Assembly (NCBI RefSeq): GCF_006345805.1
Contig: NC_042997.1
Location: 150,288,001-150,352,000 of the forward strand
Direction: 5' to 3'
Length of the DNA: 64,000 nucleotides
DNA from: Octopus sinensis
Taxonomy: Eukaryota
Position 1 is the stretch's first letter, and the number at the start of each line of letters is the position of its first letter. This document shows positions 1-13,470 of the stretch, piece by piece. Below the pieces are notes generated by a model. It searched no databases. It was not told where the DNA came from and saw nothing but the letters and a program-made list of their open reading frames with translations. The translations under genes were made by a program, and so were the position numbers.

Positions 1-1089
1 CAATAAATTTTGAAAATATAGTATCATAGTGTTTTGCTTTGCATCATTTATATCTTCGTAGTAATATCTGTCAGTGAGTTTTATCGATTTTTGAATTGGC
101 GAATTGTTTGTTGGGCAAGTAACTTTTTTATTTCTAAGTCGCCACTTTGCTTTTCAGCCTTATTGGGTTCAATATAATATAGTTAAATTCAAGTATTGAT
201 GTTATTTTAATCAACTTTCATAAGCGCTAGCAAGCTATATGCAATTATGATACGGTAGAACCCATATACCGGAGCTATAATGGCGCCTATCAGTCGTGCT
301 AAGCGAAAGATGTGTTGACAAATATTTTTACAAGTTTTAAATTTTTAATGATAGCAAAAAATATTGTAGTTAAATATCTATTAAGAATTTTGCTAAGTGG
401 ATTTTTAATCGTATGCTTACACAGACGCCTCAGATTATTTGCTTACGCTATACGTTTTAGCTTTATTTGACTTTCAATTATAGATTTAGTACATATTTTA
501 AAATCGCGTACGAAAGTGGGGTGCAAAATGAAATTATTTCTCGTAGAATTTCGAAAAGAATATGTGTGCCAAAGTATATAGAACTGAAATGGTTTAGCAA
601 TAATACTAATGAATACACTTGTAGATTATCTCTTTATATATCACACTTACAATACCATGTTTTTGTTTGAAAAAATTCGACTTAGTGTAATAAATATTTG
701 GGTTGTTGAATAATTATATTCATTTTTTGGTTGTTGAATTAATAATATCAAATTTTGTTGTTTAGTTAGTGTGATTATGTTTTGTAGGATTAGAGGAATA
801 GGAAAAGTTAGAAGTTGCGGTCTCTGAGTGTTTTGTTAAAACGTGTATAGTAATCATTTGGGGTATGATATACCGGATAAAGTGTATATGAGCAATAGGC
901 TCATCATGGCCAAGCTAAAAATTTAGAGAGAAATATTAAAGAAAAGCAGTTATAAATTCGTGCCCATGTGCAAAAACCCACACATATGTAAGCTTGTGTA
1001 TGGTGAGTACAAACGTATAAAGATGCTTATATACAAGCATATATACATGGGTAGATGCGTATTCGCACTTAAAGAAGAATTGGCGGAAT

Positions 1090-1248
1090 TTCGTCTATCT
1101 TTATGTTGTGTGTTCATATTTCGCCGAGGTCGACGTTTCCTTTCATCACTTTAGGGTCAATAATTTAAGTGTCAGTTGAGTACTGCAGTTGATGTACTCG
1201 ACTATCCTCCCTCTCTACCCCGAAATTTCTGGTCCTGTGCCAAAAATT
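1090..1248 (+). mobile_element. SINE family A, 3' portion (degenerate)
   Basis: Matches the B-box, core and 3' end of the better-preserved copy at 54560-54772 (gccgaggtcgac...tttcatc...gtactg...gatgtactcgact...tgtgccaaaa). Confidence 0.6.
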
Positions 1249-1609
1249 GAGGCGAATAGATGTATGTCTGTGTGCGTGTGTGTGTACGTGCGCGCGCGTT
1301 CTAGAGCGCAAAGTTTTGTGCCTATACATATATACGTATAAAGCCGATTTAGCTACATCCTTAGAAGGTCACAATAAAAATGACGAAAATTTAGTTATGA
1401 AAACGTACATCATCCGTATGAGAGGAAGAAATAGAAAAAGAGAGAAATGAGTAGTAGAAGTAGTAAAAGAGAGTAACGAATAATAGGTAGATATATATAT
1501 ATACATGCAAATGAAAACAAATTCATATAGCAGACATACCAGAAGTTTCATTTGTTTATGTATATATAGACGCATATAGATAAGCCCACACGTAGATTTA
1601 TAGCAGTAT

Positions 1610-1668
1610 ATATATACCTATATATATATATATATATATATCACACAAACTCATATATCTCACACAAC

Positions 1669-1760
<92 letters not shown>

Positions 1761-1770
1761 ATATATAATA
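1610..1770. repeat. Compound (TA)n/(CA)n/(TG)n microsatellite
   Basis: Directly visible. It explains the YIYI and HTHT ORFs here. Confidence 0.95.
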
Positions 1771-2130
1771 CAAGCGGTCTTAACATGCATGTGTGTGCTT
1801 CAGTACAGAGAAATAGGGAGCGTAAAGCACTAAGAAAACGTAGACAATGGTGTGGTTATAGACGTGCACACATCACAAAATATAACGGCAAAGGAGTATA
1901 CAGTAGTACAAAGATAATTAAATTCTCATACACACACACATACACACTCACAGTTATTGTTCTCCATAGGGATACAAACAGAAATGTGCAAGTAATTACT
2001 TACAGAGATATATAAGAAGTTTAGATGTATGAGGTAAAAAGGGGACAACAACAAGAGACGAAAATAGAAGCATAAGCATTAGGGACTAATATAACGGTAG
2101 GTTCATAAGTGCAAGTATTTAGGTAGATTA

Positions 2131-2639
2131 TCTATATATAGCGGTAACTTCAAAGATGTGTATTTGTGTACCAAAATACAACAAATGTGGGACAAACTCA
2201 GGCATCTGACAATGTGAATTTGTGAAAGGAAATAGCGTGAAAAATATGTAAAGCTATATAAAGCTGAAGTTGTCTGTGTATGGCAAGTTTGGTAGCCTTC
2301 AACTAACACTATCTCCTCCGAGACCCTGCGGCGCAATTTGACCAAAATTGAGAGTACGATAGAAGAAGGCTTGCTCTTCCTTCCATAGAATAAAAAATTC
2401 AAATCGGACCATGTTAACACCCAAAATTATTTACATCAAAAAGGTGGTTTTTTTCTATGATAATCCCTATATTTTACGATTCTTTTGACTGCTGTGACGC
2501 CATTTTTCGGTATATTTCAACCAGAAAAATGTTTCCTTAAAGAGAATAACAAGCTACAAAATGAAAAAGTTTTACTTTTCAAAAATTCCAATTCTAAAGG
2601 GTCGAAACAAACCCCAGCAATGCCGGGCGATACTGCTAG
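2131..2639 (+). mobile_element. Non-autonomous Helitron
   Basis: Begins a|TCTATATATA and ends with a GC hairpin (ccccagcaatgccggg), 8 nt and CTAG|t. The last ~30 nt are shared with 14784-15168 and 20930-21324. The 5' boundary is inferred from the A|TC start. Confidence 0.7.
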
Positions 2640-3566
2640 TTCTTATATATTTTATAATGTCAAGAAGCAAATTTATCCTTTAACAGCAAAATTTGATTTT
2701 GTCATTATTTCACAATGATGTTAAATATCTACCAAACAATAGAATTGATATTTTCTGTAATTCATGTTGCCGCAATAAACTTGACTTGTGTCAACAGAAA
2801 ATTGTGTCCGTTATGACATTCATCAAGAAAGGATATAGTTGCGCATAAATCTGTTTTCCGCATTTATGGATAATGAAATTTTGAGTGGATATATCTGATT
2901 TCTATTGTCACAGGGATAAGAAAAATCTATCATTCGGAATATAATTTCATAGTTCTCCGTTAAACAGAAGCACACTTTTTCTTGTATATCATTTAGTCTT
3001 ACACAGTATTTGACAGAAATTAAATAGAAGTGGACTAGAACTTAAAAGGTTTGGCATTCAGAAAATGAACGTTCTGTACATCTTATGAGAATACGATGAC
3101 TATACCTAAGCAATTGAAATTTAGTGAACGAATATTTGGCTTCGTATAATTTCAGTTATAATGTGCTGTGTTTATTGTCGGTTTGTTGCGGTTTAGCTAT
3201 GATGTAAGAGACAATGATTTGGAAACATTATCAGTTGTAGAATGGGATGTTCTAACAATGCTTTCATTAACGCTACTCTCATACGATACTTTATGGGAGG
3301 AAGTATTTCTTAAATAAAATAAAAGTATATTAAGTATGTGTTAGTAACACGTAAGATGAATGGAGATTATTGCAAGTAGTTTATGTTTCACTATTCCGGT
3401 GACAATTCTGGATCATTCTTCGTTCTCTTTAAAGTGATTCCTTTAAAGAAAATCAATTTTCTAGCGTTTGTAGAAATTGAGAGTTTAAACAAAATGTAGC
3501 ATATTTATTTAGTTTTTGGATTTGGTTTGCAAGATTCTTTATATGAGTTCGTGTGTTGAAGCATAT

Positions 3567-3736
3567 TCTGTTGTGTCTGGGGAGATTCATTTTCTTTTTG
3601 TGCCTTATAATGTAACACACTCACCGGTAAATTTTCTACTTATTTATTAAAAATAAGAAAGAAGTGGATATTTTACCGGTGAGTGTGTTACATTATAAGG
3701 TACAAAAAGAAAATGACTCTCCCCAGACACAACAGA
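3567..3736. repeat. Inverted repeat (foldback), 75-bp arms, 20-bp spacer
   Basis: 3567-3641 versus the reverse complement of 3662-3736 shows 5 mismatches in 75 nt and no indels. Confidence 0.92.
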
Positions 3737-4177
3737 GTAGCATATTTACTTATATCTTTGATAGCATTCTTGACATGGATCTGGATTTGGCCAATACTGT
3801 AGTTTACTATGAATATAAGAGAAAACAATTGATTAGATTTAGTAAAAGGCGTACTTGTGTAGTAATTATGGCAAAAAAAAAGAGAATGTTTTGAAAAAAA
3901 TAGGATACAAAATAGTTTTCCAGGTATTATTCTTAATAATAAACAGAACAAACACCAACATATCTATAATGTCTAAACTCGATGTGCGTCCATAGAATGG
4001 ACGTCGAAGGAAATATTTATGGAATTTTAATTGTTGCAGAACTAGCAACTTTTACCCTTGATTTTCACAGTTTTGATGTTATGTCAATATCTGAATCATG
4101 GGAAATCTTACAAATATAGAATAGTAAAATAAAATGCTTAAACGAACTGCGATTTTCGCACGCAATGCAGATAACTA

Positions 4178-4337
4178 GGCGTTGGAGTGGCTGTGTGGTA
4201 AGTAGCTTGCTTACGAAACTCATGTTTCTGGGTTCAGTCCCAATGCGTGGCACCTTAGGCAAGTGTCCTCTACTATAGCCTAGGACCGACCAAATCGTTG
4301 TGAGTGGGTTTGGTAGACGGAAACTGAAAGAAGTCCG

Positions 4338-4374
<37 letters not shown>

Positions 4375-4464
4375 TGTGTGTGTGTGTGTATGTATGCATG
4401 TGTATATGTTTGTCTCCCCAACGTAGCTTGACAACCGATGCTGGTATGCGTACGTCCCACTAAC
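4178..4464 (+). mobile_element. tRNA-derived SINE family B, 3'-truncated
   Basis: A box tggctgtgtgg, B box gggttcagtcc and an internal (TA)n(TG)n tract. Collinear with the full copy at 43899-44310 up to tacgtccc, where the mariner begins. Confidence 0.85.
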
Positions 4465-4479
4465 ATATGTATGTATGTA

Positions 4480-5408
4480 TCATGGGTCATCCCAGAAATA
4501 ATGCAGTTTTTCAATTGCATGAACCAAAAGTTGGAAGGGGACGGGATAATGTACCTGCATCAACTTGCTTTAGCAGCAGGTAGTAATTTTGTCTTATATG
4601 TATTCTTAGAGCAAGTTTTGAAGAGTGCAGTTCGAATCTAATATTTATTTTTTCAATGCTGTATTTGAAGTGACAAAGGTGCATATTCTGCATATTTTTG
4701 CTTTATATGTTCAATAAAGGTAACAGCGCAACAGAAAGTGCGAGGGATATTAATGCAGTATATGGGGATCGGACAGTAAGCATAAGCTAGTGTCAATGGT
4801 GGTTCCAGAAATTCCGAGCCGGATACTAAAGTCTAGATGTCGAGCCACGTCCCGGAAGATCCGTAGAGTTGGACGAGGACGTCCTGCAAACCCTGGTGGA
4901 GTAAAATCCCATCGTAACTGTTGAGGAATTAGCAGAGACGCTGCTTGGATTTGGTCATTCAACCATTTATTGACACCAGCGTGCCATCGGAAACGACTAT
5001 CTTTGGTTTCAAGATGAAAGGTGTTCTTCCATTAGGATAATGTTCGACCACATACAGGGAGGATGGCATTCGAAAGGCTGGAGCCGTTAGAATGGTAAAT
5101 GATGCACCACCCTCCATATTCGGACATTGCCCAATCTAATTAACATTTATGCTACTGTCTTCATAACCATTTGAACGAAAGAAATATGAATTCTGTAGAC
5201 GAGGTCAGAACAGTACTGTTGAAGTATTTTTCGTGACGTACAAGTGAATTTTAGAAGAGGAGCTTGCAAGTCTACCAGATAGAAAAAAGAGCATTGTCGA
5301 AAATGAACGAGAGTATATTTTAGATTAAAATGATCTTTGTTTATCTTAATTTTGAAAAATAAAAGAAGTATAAAAAAACTGCAGTATTTATGGGATGATG
5401 TAGAACAT
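4480..5408 (+). mobile_element. Tc1/mariner DNA transposon, internally deleted and decayed
   Basis: Terminal inverted repeats tcatcccagaaataatgcagtttttt (from ~4487) and aaaaaactgcagtatttatgggatga (~5373-5398), with TA dinucleotides near both outer ends and a transposase remnant inside. Confidence 0.9.
4664..5328 (+). pseudogene. Mariner (DD34D-type) transposase remnant
   Basis: Manual translation gives the N-terminal HTH region (FNKGNSATESARDINAVYG...WFQKFRAG...EPRPGRSVELDEDVL...VEELAE...GHSTI) fused directly to the C-terminal catalytic part (FH*DNVRPHT...HHPPYSDIA, matching the YSPDLAP motif). There are many stops and frameshifts. Confidence 0.9.
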
Positions 5409-6059
5409 ACGTATATATATGTATGTGTAACAGAACATGCTCAAATTCAAATATGATACACTCACACATACATAGATTCTGAAATGATTTCTCATCAGCA
5501 TTTGAATGCTCCTGACATAAAAGGTATTAACATTAATTCCCTATATGCATATAAGCATGCGCGCGTATGTAAAGAATTAATTTTGATTGCATGTAATAAT
5601 TTAGTAGTTAATCTGTCATTTACTAAGAAAACAGTGTGTAGGCATGTCAGTTTTGATAACAATTTTCTAAGATTAGGAAGTGTCAAAAAGGAAATACAAT
5701 TTCTGCAGTTGTAATTGAGACTTTGTTTTATACAAAGACTCTTCTGTATGTCTAACACACTTGCATATTTATTTACATTTATCCGCATTCTCGTACATCT
5801 ATGAACACATATAAATATATGCATGTATGTATATGTGATTGTATATATACGGATGGAGATAAGTATACAAATTTGCTTAAAAACACAAGTATGCTCTTGG
5901 GCAGATATACACATATCGGATGTCTTAGTTTAATAAAGTTTTCCGGCAGTGCTTAGTCTATATGTCTCTGTGTGCTAGCTCATAAATATGTATCTAAGTT
6001 TACTCGTACTATCATTTCATAAAATTTACTTAGTTATTACCAATGAACACAGACAGACA

Positions 6060-6104
<45 letters not shown>

Positions 6105-8314
6105 TTTGCCGGTGAGGGTACCCATTTATTTGTTCCATTTAGCCTTCGTTTGTGCTTTTGTTTGTGCATCTTTATATATGATATTCGTTATCTCCTCTGT
6201 GATTTCATAACTTAGATATAATAAGCACGTTGTTTTTAAAAAGCTAGTAATATGTCAGAAACTTTAGTATCCGCACTAGCAAACTCAATTTAGTGTCCAT
6301 TTTACTGAAGAATTGCATATAATCCTAACTGCGCAATTGCTTCAACATCTGCAGTTTACTGCTGTATCATATATGTATTTATGAATAACGAATATGTGTG
6401 GGTGCCATTATGAATGCTGAGTCATCCATGTAATGTGTTATTAACGTTTATGCTACGTATAAAGGCTAAATATTTATTTGCTGAGGTGAGGACGATTGCA
6501 TTTGTGAAGACGGAAATGGAGAGCACATTAGTATCTTGAATGTATTTAATACATGTACGGATGTGCGTATGTATATATATGATTCAGTCTTACCAAGTAC
6601 CTGTGTGCATATGGGTTTCTGTATGCGAGTAGATGAATGGTAGCGGGTATTTAATTATATGTGTACGCATATCCGGCTTTATTAATCAGTTCTCTTATAG
6701 AATAAAAATATTTCTCAGTATCTTATTTATTTTAGACTACTTGTAAACAAACACGATGGGATTTGTCTGGTTTTATATTTAACTCCCGAAGTTCTCAATT
6801 GCCAACGCGTGTCTGCTTTTTGAGAGTTTGTCAGCGTAATTTCTAAATTTAAACACTTGAAGTGGCATAATTGTGTAGCCATGGAAATCAGATTCGTTGA
6901 GGGCAGAAAACAAATTTTCAAACAATATTTCTCTATGAACACATTAGTATGATTCTACATATCTTTTGCGTCACACCAATTGAAGTAATACGAATGAGTG
7001 ACAAAATAATCAATGGTTGGTTATAATTATACAGGTAGAGGCGGCAGCGGGTACTTTGCCCTCATAGTGTTGCAAGTACACTAATACAGAGAAAACGAGG
7101 AATGGAAAAATATAGATATGTAAAGAGAGAGAGTGAAAGAGGAGAGAGAGAGAGTGAGAGAGGAGAGAGAGAGAGACACAAGATTGATATTCAAAAACAG
7201 ACAGAGAAAACACGATGGAAATGCAAGAGACAAAGTGAAAGCCTTAAAGAAAACAAATAGAAAATAGAAAATAAGACTTAATAGCAGTAAATGATGATTG
7301 ACTGGTGGTGGTTACAATATTTATTGTGACAGAAGTTGTTTGCTGTGGTTGGTTGTTGTGGTTGGTTGTTATGGTTGCCTTGATGGTGTCAACGACATTA
7401 CTCAACGACAATTAGTTGCACTAAATCATACTATACATTTTGTAACCTAAATCTACTCGTCACACACAACTCCGTTCATACACTCATCAGCATCACCAAC
7501 GTTAAGTAACACTCTGTCGACATTATTACCACAACAAACTATTACAGTTCCCAATGCATGTATATATGTACTTGTTTGTGTGTTTGTATGTGTGCTTGTG
7601 TGTGTGTGTGCGTGTGTGTCTATGTGTGTTTGTGTGTGTGTATCATAGCCTCCACTTCTATCTTTGTCTTCTCAATCTCCAACACAAAACAAATACAGTT
7701 CTCCGTTTTCTCAAGCAAAGCGTATGAGATTTCCACGGTTTCACTTGTCTGTTTCATAAGACAAATGAAAATGAAACTCAGGTGTTTTGAATATATATCA
7801 CTTTTCCTTATGCCTTCAGCTCGCACTTTTTACTTTGCTCATCTTAAAGCATAAGCACCTAGCTTACAGGAAGAGTACAACCTTTTACCCGCGGGATGCT
7901 ACACCCTACAAGGGACAGACAATTGTAACCGCGGAAAAGATAAAAACATAGAAAAAAATAATCTTGCTTTGATCGCTATGACTTCGTACTAAAAGAATAA
8001 CAAAAATCCTCTAAGTGGATTCGTCACAGTTATATTCACCACCAGCCGTGACTGCAGAAATAAAAGCATTCAGCATGTTGAAAATTTAACATGGCAAATA
8101 CGAAAAGGATATGCAACTCGAATAATAGAGCATTCACTAAATAGGAAATGGTGAACCATGACAAATATTCACTTGTTCATGAATTTTGTTTTTTCAAATT
8201 TTTAAGGAAGGAAATCGAAAAATCGGGTATAATGAAGATACTGAATTTAGCCTGGATTTCTATCGCCTTTATGTATTCACAGCGATGTCCTATGCCGTCG
8301 TAATGTATAACGAC

Positions 8315-8348
<34 letters not shown>

Positions 8349-8367
8349 CTGTCCCTCTCTCTATCTG

Positions 8368-8410
<43 letters not shown>

Positions 8411-9687
8411 TATCACATGCACACATACACATATATATATAAACGGAATTTGTGTGTGCCATTGTATTGTATATGAATTACAATACAGGAATACTTATAT
8501 ACATACGCGCATTTATGTCGAACAAATGAGAAAAACTACTCAATGCATATAGTGGATTATATGGTTTCCTTATTTTAACTGCTGATGCTTGTCTCGGGAC
8601 TGGAATTTTTATGCCACTGTGATCTTTATGCGATGTTACCTGATGTTGTGGATGTAGCAAAGTGAATCATACCGAACTCTTTCACAGACTACTGTCATTA
8701 GAAAACACTGTATCAATGACAATAGTTTACAAATTGTCAATTGCGTATAATTTAGTTTAATTCCAGGCAGTTGAACGGAAATACTCGTGCATACTTCTCT
8801 GATATGCAGTAAAAGCATACTATGTGTGTGTGTGTTAAATTAAGTTCATTATTTTAAAAGCTAATTTGAGAGTAACAATGAAACGTTTTAAATTATCTGA
8901 CATCGTTGTCAAATAATTAGCGTGAGTAAAACTGACGAATTATGACACAAGGGAGGTAGAGACATAACTTTCTCGATGAAACTAAGTAATGTGCATACAC
9001 TCACACGCACATACACCTACAATTATACATATACATATAACTAGTATGTAATATTAATTTTATTTTATTTTCTTTCTTTCATTTCAGTTCTGGGTGTTGT
9101 TGTTGTTGTTGGTTTTTCTATCGAAAAAATGTCTTTCAACAATACTATAATACGTTGCGAATAAACTCGACTGGATCTACTTCTGAGTACCTGATTGCCT
9201 GTCTGCCTAGTAATGACTTGAACCATCCTTAATTCATCAAACGGTAATCTTCATATTTGTTTATATTCGTTTTGAAATTCTGTGTGTCTTTTGTTTGTCC
9301 ACCTTGTTACTTTCATCCTATTTTCCTAAATTAATTTCTCTCATCTCGCGTATTTCACAAAAATAGACTTTCTATTCCTATCAAATATACTCTCATTTCT
9401 GTTGACAAACACTTTGATAACAATATACTTCAAAACGGAAAAAAATTATCTGGCGTCCTTCGATGTCGATTCAGTCAAACGACATTTAAAGATATATCGG
9501 ATTCATTTAGCGTTCTCATTAGGCCCATATCAATCATATTACAAGTCAAACCGTTTAATTCTTGAATGACCAATTATGATATTTATAGTAAACCAATTCT
9601 AAGCTAATCACAGGGTCAAGCTTTTGTGTAGGAATAAGTATAGTCGGTTAAATCGACTGCACACCTTATCTGTCACTCTCTTTCGCG

Positions 9688-9755
<68 letters not shown>

Positions 9756-9977
9756 CATAGCCTCCTCTTCTATCTTCTGTGTTTGTCACCCCACTATCGC
9801 TTGACAACCGATGTTGGTGTGTTTTCGTGCTCGTAACATAGCGGTTCTGCAAAAGACACCGATAGAATAACTACTAAACTTACAAAGAATAAGTCCTGGA
9901 GTCAATTTGTTCGACTAAAGGTGACGCTCGTGCATGGCTGCACTCAAATGACCGAAACAAATGAGAAGAATAAAAGA
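9756..9977 (+). mobile_element. SINE family B, 3' half (copy 1 of a local duplicate)
   Basis: Contains cgcttgacaaccgatgttggtgtgttt...ttacaaagaataagtcc...cgactaaagg, as in the 3' half of 43899-44310. Confidence 0.85.
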
Positions 9978-9995
9978 ATATATATATATACTTAC

Positions 9996-10079
<84 letters not shown>

Positions 10080-10097
10080 GTATATATATACACATAC

Positions 10098-10133
<36 letters not shown>

Positions 10134-10157
10134 GTATATATATATGTATATATATAC

Positions 10158-10200
<43 letters not shown>

Positions 10201-10268
10201 ATATATACTTACATATACATATATATATATATATATATCTATATATATATATATGTGTGTGTGTGTGT

Positions 10269-10490
10269 CATAGCCTCCTCTTCTATCTTCTGTGTTTGTC
10301 ACCCCACTATCGCTTGACAACCGATGTTGGTGTGTTTTCGTGCTCGTAACATAGCGGTTCTGCAAAAGACACCGATAGAATAACTACTAAACTTACAAAG
10401 AATAAGTCCTGGAGTCAATTTGTTCGACTAAAGGTGACGCTCGTGCATGGCTGCACTCAAATGACCGAAACAAATGAGAAGAATAAAAGA
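10269..10490 (+). mobile_element. SINE family B, 3' half (identical duplicate, offset 513)
   Basis: Appears base-for-base identical to 9756-9977 at a constant offset of 513. Confidence 0.85.
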
Positions 10491-10495
10491 ATATA

Positions 10496-11179
10496 TATAT
10501 ATATACGCTCATATATGATATATGTATACACTTCCTTACAAAGTCATATCACAATATTAAATAAATACATATACTTAGTGAGTTGTGAAAGTTGACTGCG
10601 TGGTTCAGGCACAGGAATTTTAACAGCTTGAGAAACACAATAAGTCAAAAATTGACTAGGTTCGCTTTTCTTTTCCTTAAATGCTCATCAGGTATTGCCA
10701 ATCTCCGCTTTCCTAAAACAGCGGAAAATTAATATCGTGCCAGGTACTTCGTCTTAATACACAAAGAACGATGGTTCTGTCTATATATACCCACAGTCCG
10801 TGTACAATTATGTTTACACACACACGTACGTGCGCACGCATGTAGTATGGGAATGAAGCCTACAAATGTTTATAAACAATTTGACTGCGAAAGGAAACCT
10901 CATAATTAAATTTTAGTTCTTGTTTCAAATTAATAGGCTTAAAATTTCTGGTTTCGTGTTCCACTGAAATTCGTCAGAGAACTTTGATCTTTTTGACAAC
11001 TGAACTGCTACAAAGAAAGCAGTATAGAACTACCAGTGAATTATGTTTTTAAAAGAAGTGCGACAGAGATAATATAATATACACATCAATTCATTTAAGT
11101 ATATGAAAAAACTTCGTCTTCCATATTTATGCATTTATGCATATTCCACGTTCAGTGCGTACGCTTGTTTCATACATAC

Positions 11180-11190
<11 letters not shown>
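10496..11190. repeat. Direct duplication, copy 1 (~690 bp)
   Basis: Appears identical to 12073-12767 with a constant offset of 1577 at both ends. Both copies are bounded by (TA)n. Confidence 0.95.
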
Positions 11191-11210
<20 letters not shown>

Positions 11211-12072
11211 ATATGTATATATATATGTATATATATACACATATACATATAGATTGATAGATAGATGGATATGTATTTATGTATGTATGCATATCAACAT
11301 ATAACTATATAGATGTACGTTATTAAATAATGTTACTTGCTGACAAAACTAATTAGAATTCTATAAATATACAAATTTCTTTTGTAAGTAATTATTCTTC
11401 TTTCTTTATCTTCCTTTTTTACAATGCATTGCTGTGTTATGTTCTTGACATTCGAACCGGTCAAACGAGGTCTCAGTGGAGGAACTAATGTGAAGTACTC
11501 CATGTATTTGCTAGAAAATGCAATCATATATCCCTCGGTTCAGAGTCTTAGAAAAGTACGCGTTGAAAACTGAAGCTATATTTGCTGCACACAGAAAAAA
11601 AAATGGCAGAACGCTCAAAATTATAATTAATCAGAAGTAGCTAGGGACTAAACAACGCCAACCACATAGAAAACTATTTCGTTGGCTAGTCAAATGAAAC
11701 TGTAAAATATACCATTTGGTGAAACTAATTTGTGCCCCAGATTCGTTTCTCCAACCAGAAAATTAATTAAGCTAAATTACATATATAATGATTAAATGTG
11801 ATTGTGGGTAATGAAGCTGTTGAGTTTTCCTTGCCCTAATGTTGGGCGAAAGACACTTGTAACTAGGTTAATATGGGAAGATATTATTAATTGCGTGTGA
11901 AATGGTATTGGGTGAGAACACTATAATTATATTCGGATTTGTGTTTCTGTCTTTTTAACTTTTGACTTAAGTTGCCCACTTAGCCCATTTATTTAATTGG
12001 TTTATTAATATTATAACTTAGCGACATAGCTGCTAATATACTTACACAAACAACTGTATGTGACAGTATATA

Positions 12073-12767
12073 TATATATATACGCTCATATATGATATAT
12101 GTATACACTTCCTTACAAAGTCATATCACAATATTAAATAAATACATATACTTAGTGAGTTGTGAAAGTTGACTGCGTGGTTCAGGCACAGGAATTTTAA
12201 CAGCTTGAGAAACACAATAAGTCAAAAATTGACTAGGTTCGCTTTTCTTTTCCTTAAATGCTCATCAGGTATTGCCAATCTCCGCTTTCCTAAAACAGCG
12301 GAAAATTAATATCGTGCCAGGTACTTCGTCTTAATACACAAAGAACGATGGTTCTGTCTATATATACCCACAGTCCGTGTACAATTATGTTTACACACAC
12401 ACGTACGTGCGCACGCATGTAGTATGGGAATGAAGCCTACAAATGTTTATAAACAATTTGACTGCGAAAGGAAACCTCATAATTAAATTTTAGTTCTTGT
12501 TTCAAATTAATAGGCTTAAAATTTCTGGTTTCGTGTTCCACTGAAATTCGTCAGAGAACTTTGATCTTTTTGACAACTGAACTGCTACAAAGAAAGCAGT
12601 ATAGAACTACCAGTGAATTATGTTTTTAAAAGAAGTGCGACAGAGATAATATAATATACACATCAATTCATTTAAGTATATGAAAAAACTTCGTCTTCCA
12701 TATTTATGCATTTATGCATATTCCACGTTCAGTGCGTACGCTTGTTTCATACATACATATATATATA
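12073..12767. repeat. Direct duplication, copy 2 (~690 bp)
   Basis: Partner of 10496-11190. Confidence 0.95.
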
Positions 12768-12781
12768 TATATATATAATAT

Positions 12782-12825
<44 letters not shown>

Positions 12826-12838
12826 CATACATATATAC

Positions 12839-12872
<34 letters not shown>

Positions 12873-13230
12873 TGTGTGTAAGTGTGTATATGTAAGTATG
12901 TGTGTTTGCGTACATATATACGTACACCCATATGCATATAGTAGGCATAATTTTGTGTGTAAATAAGCAGTTTTCAAGTAGGCAATTAATTAAATATTTA
13001 TATTTTAAACAACCTTAAACCAGCATTGCTTTGAGCATTTCTTTACGATGTTGAGTAGATATATTAAGTGTAGGAAAGTTGTTGACGAAGAAGGAAGAAA
13101 AAAAGAGAGTGAGAAACATTGGATGGGAAATATGTTGCTTAAAATTGAACAGAGGAATTGAGAAGCCAGAACAGGATGTTAAGGGAAGATTAATAAGAAG
13201 AAAAATATTTTGATTTCATTTTCTTGATAT

Positions 13231-13273
<43 letters not shown>

Positions 13274-13470
13274 CTTATATTTAATTTGCTACCAAAGTAC
13301 ATGCTATATCGTGTCGCAGAAGCGTTTTCAGGGAGCGTAGAAACGTACATAGCATATGAAAAAATGGGTTTGGCCAAATATCATACAATTACAGAATTTA
13401 AACTAAATTCTGTATAATACGGTAAGAATTTATGAATATAAATACACATACCCAATCAAATGCAGACATT

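Noticed and set aside
1-880. G/T-skewed segment suggesting a NUMT or a decayed retroelement ORF on the minus strand
   Set aside because: I recognised no mitochondrial rRNA, tRNA or protein motifs, and the minus-strand frames have frequent stops with no diagnostic RT or endonuclease motif.
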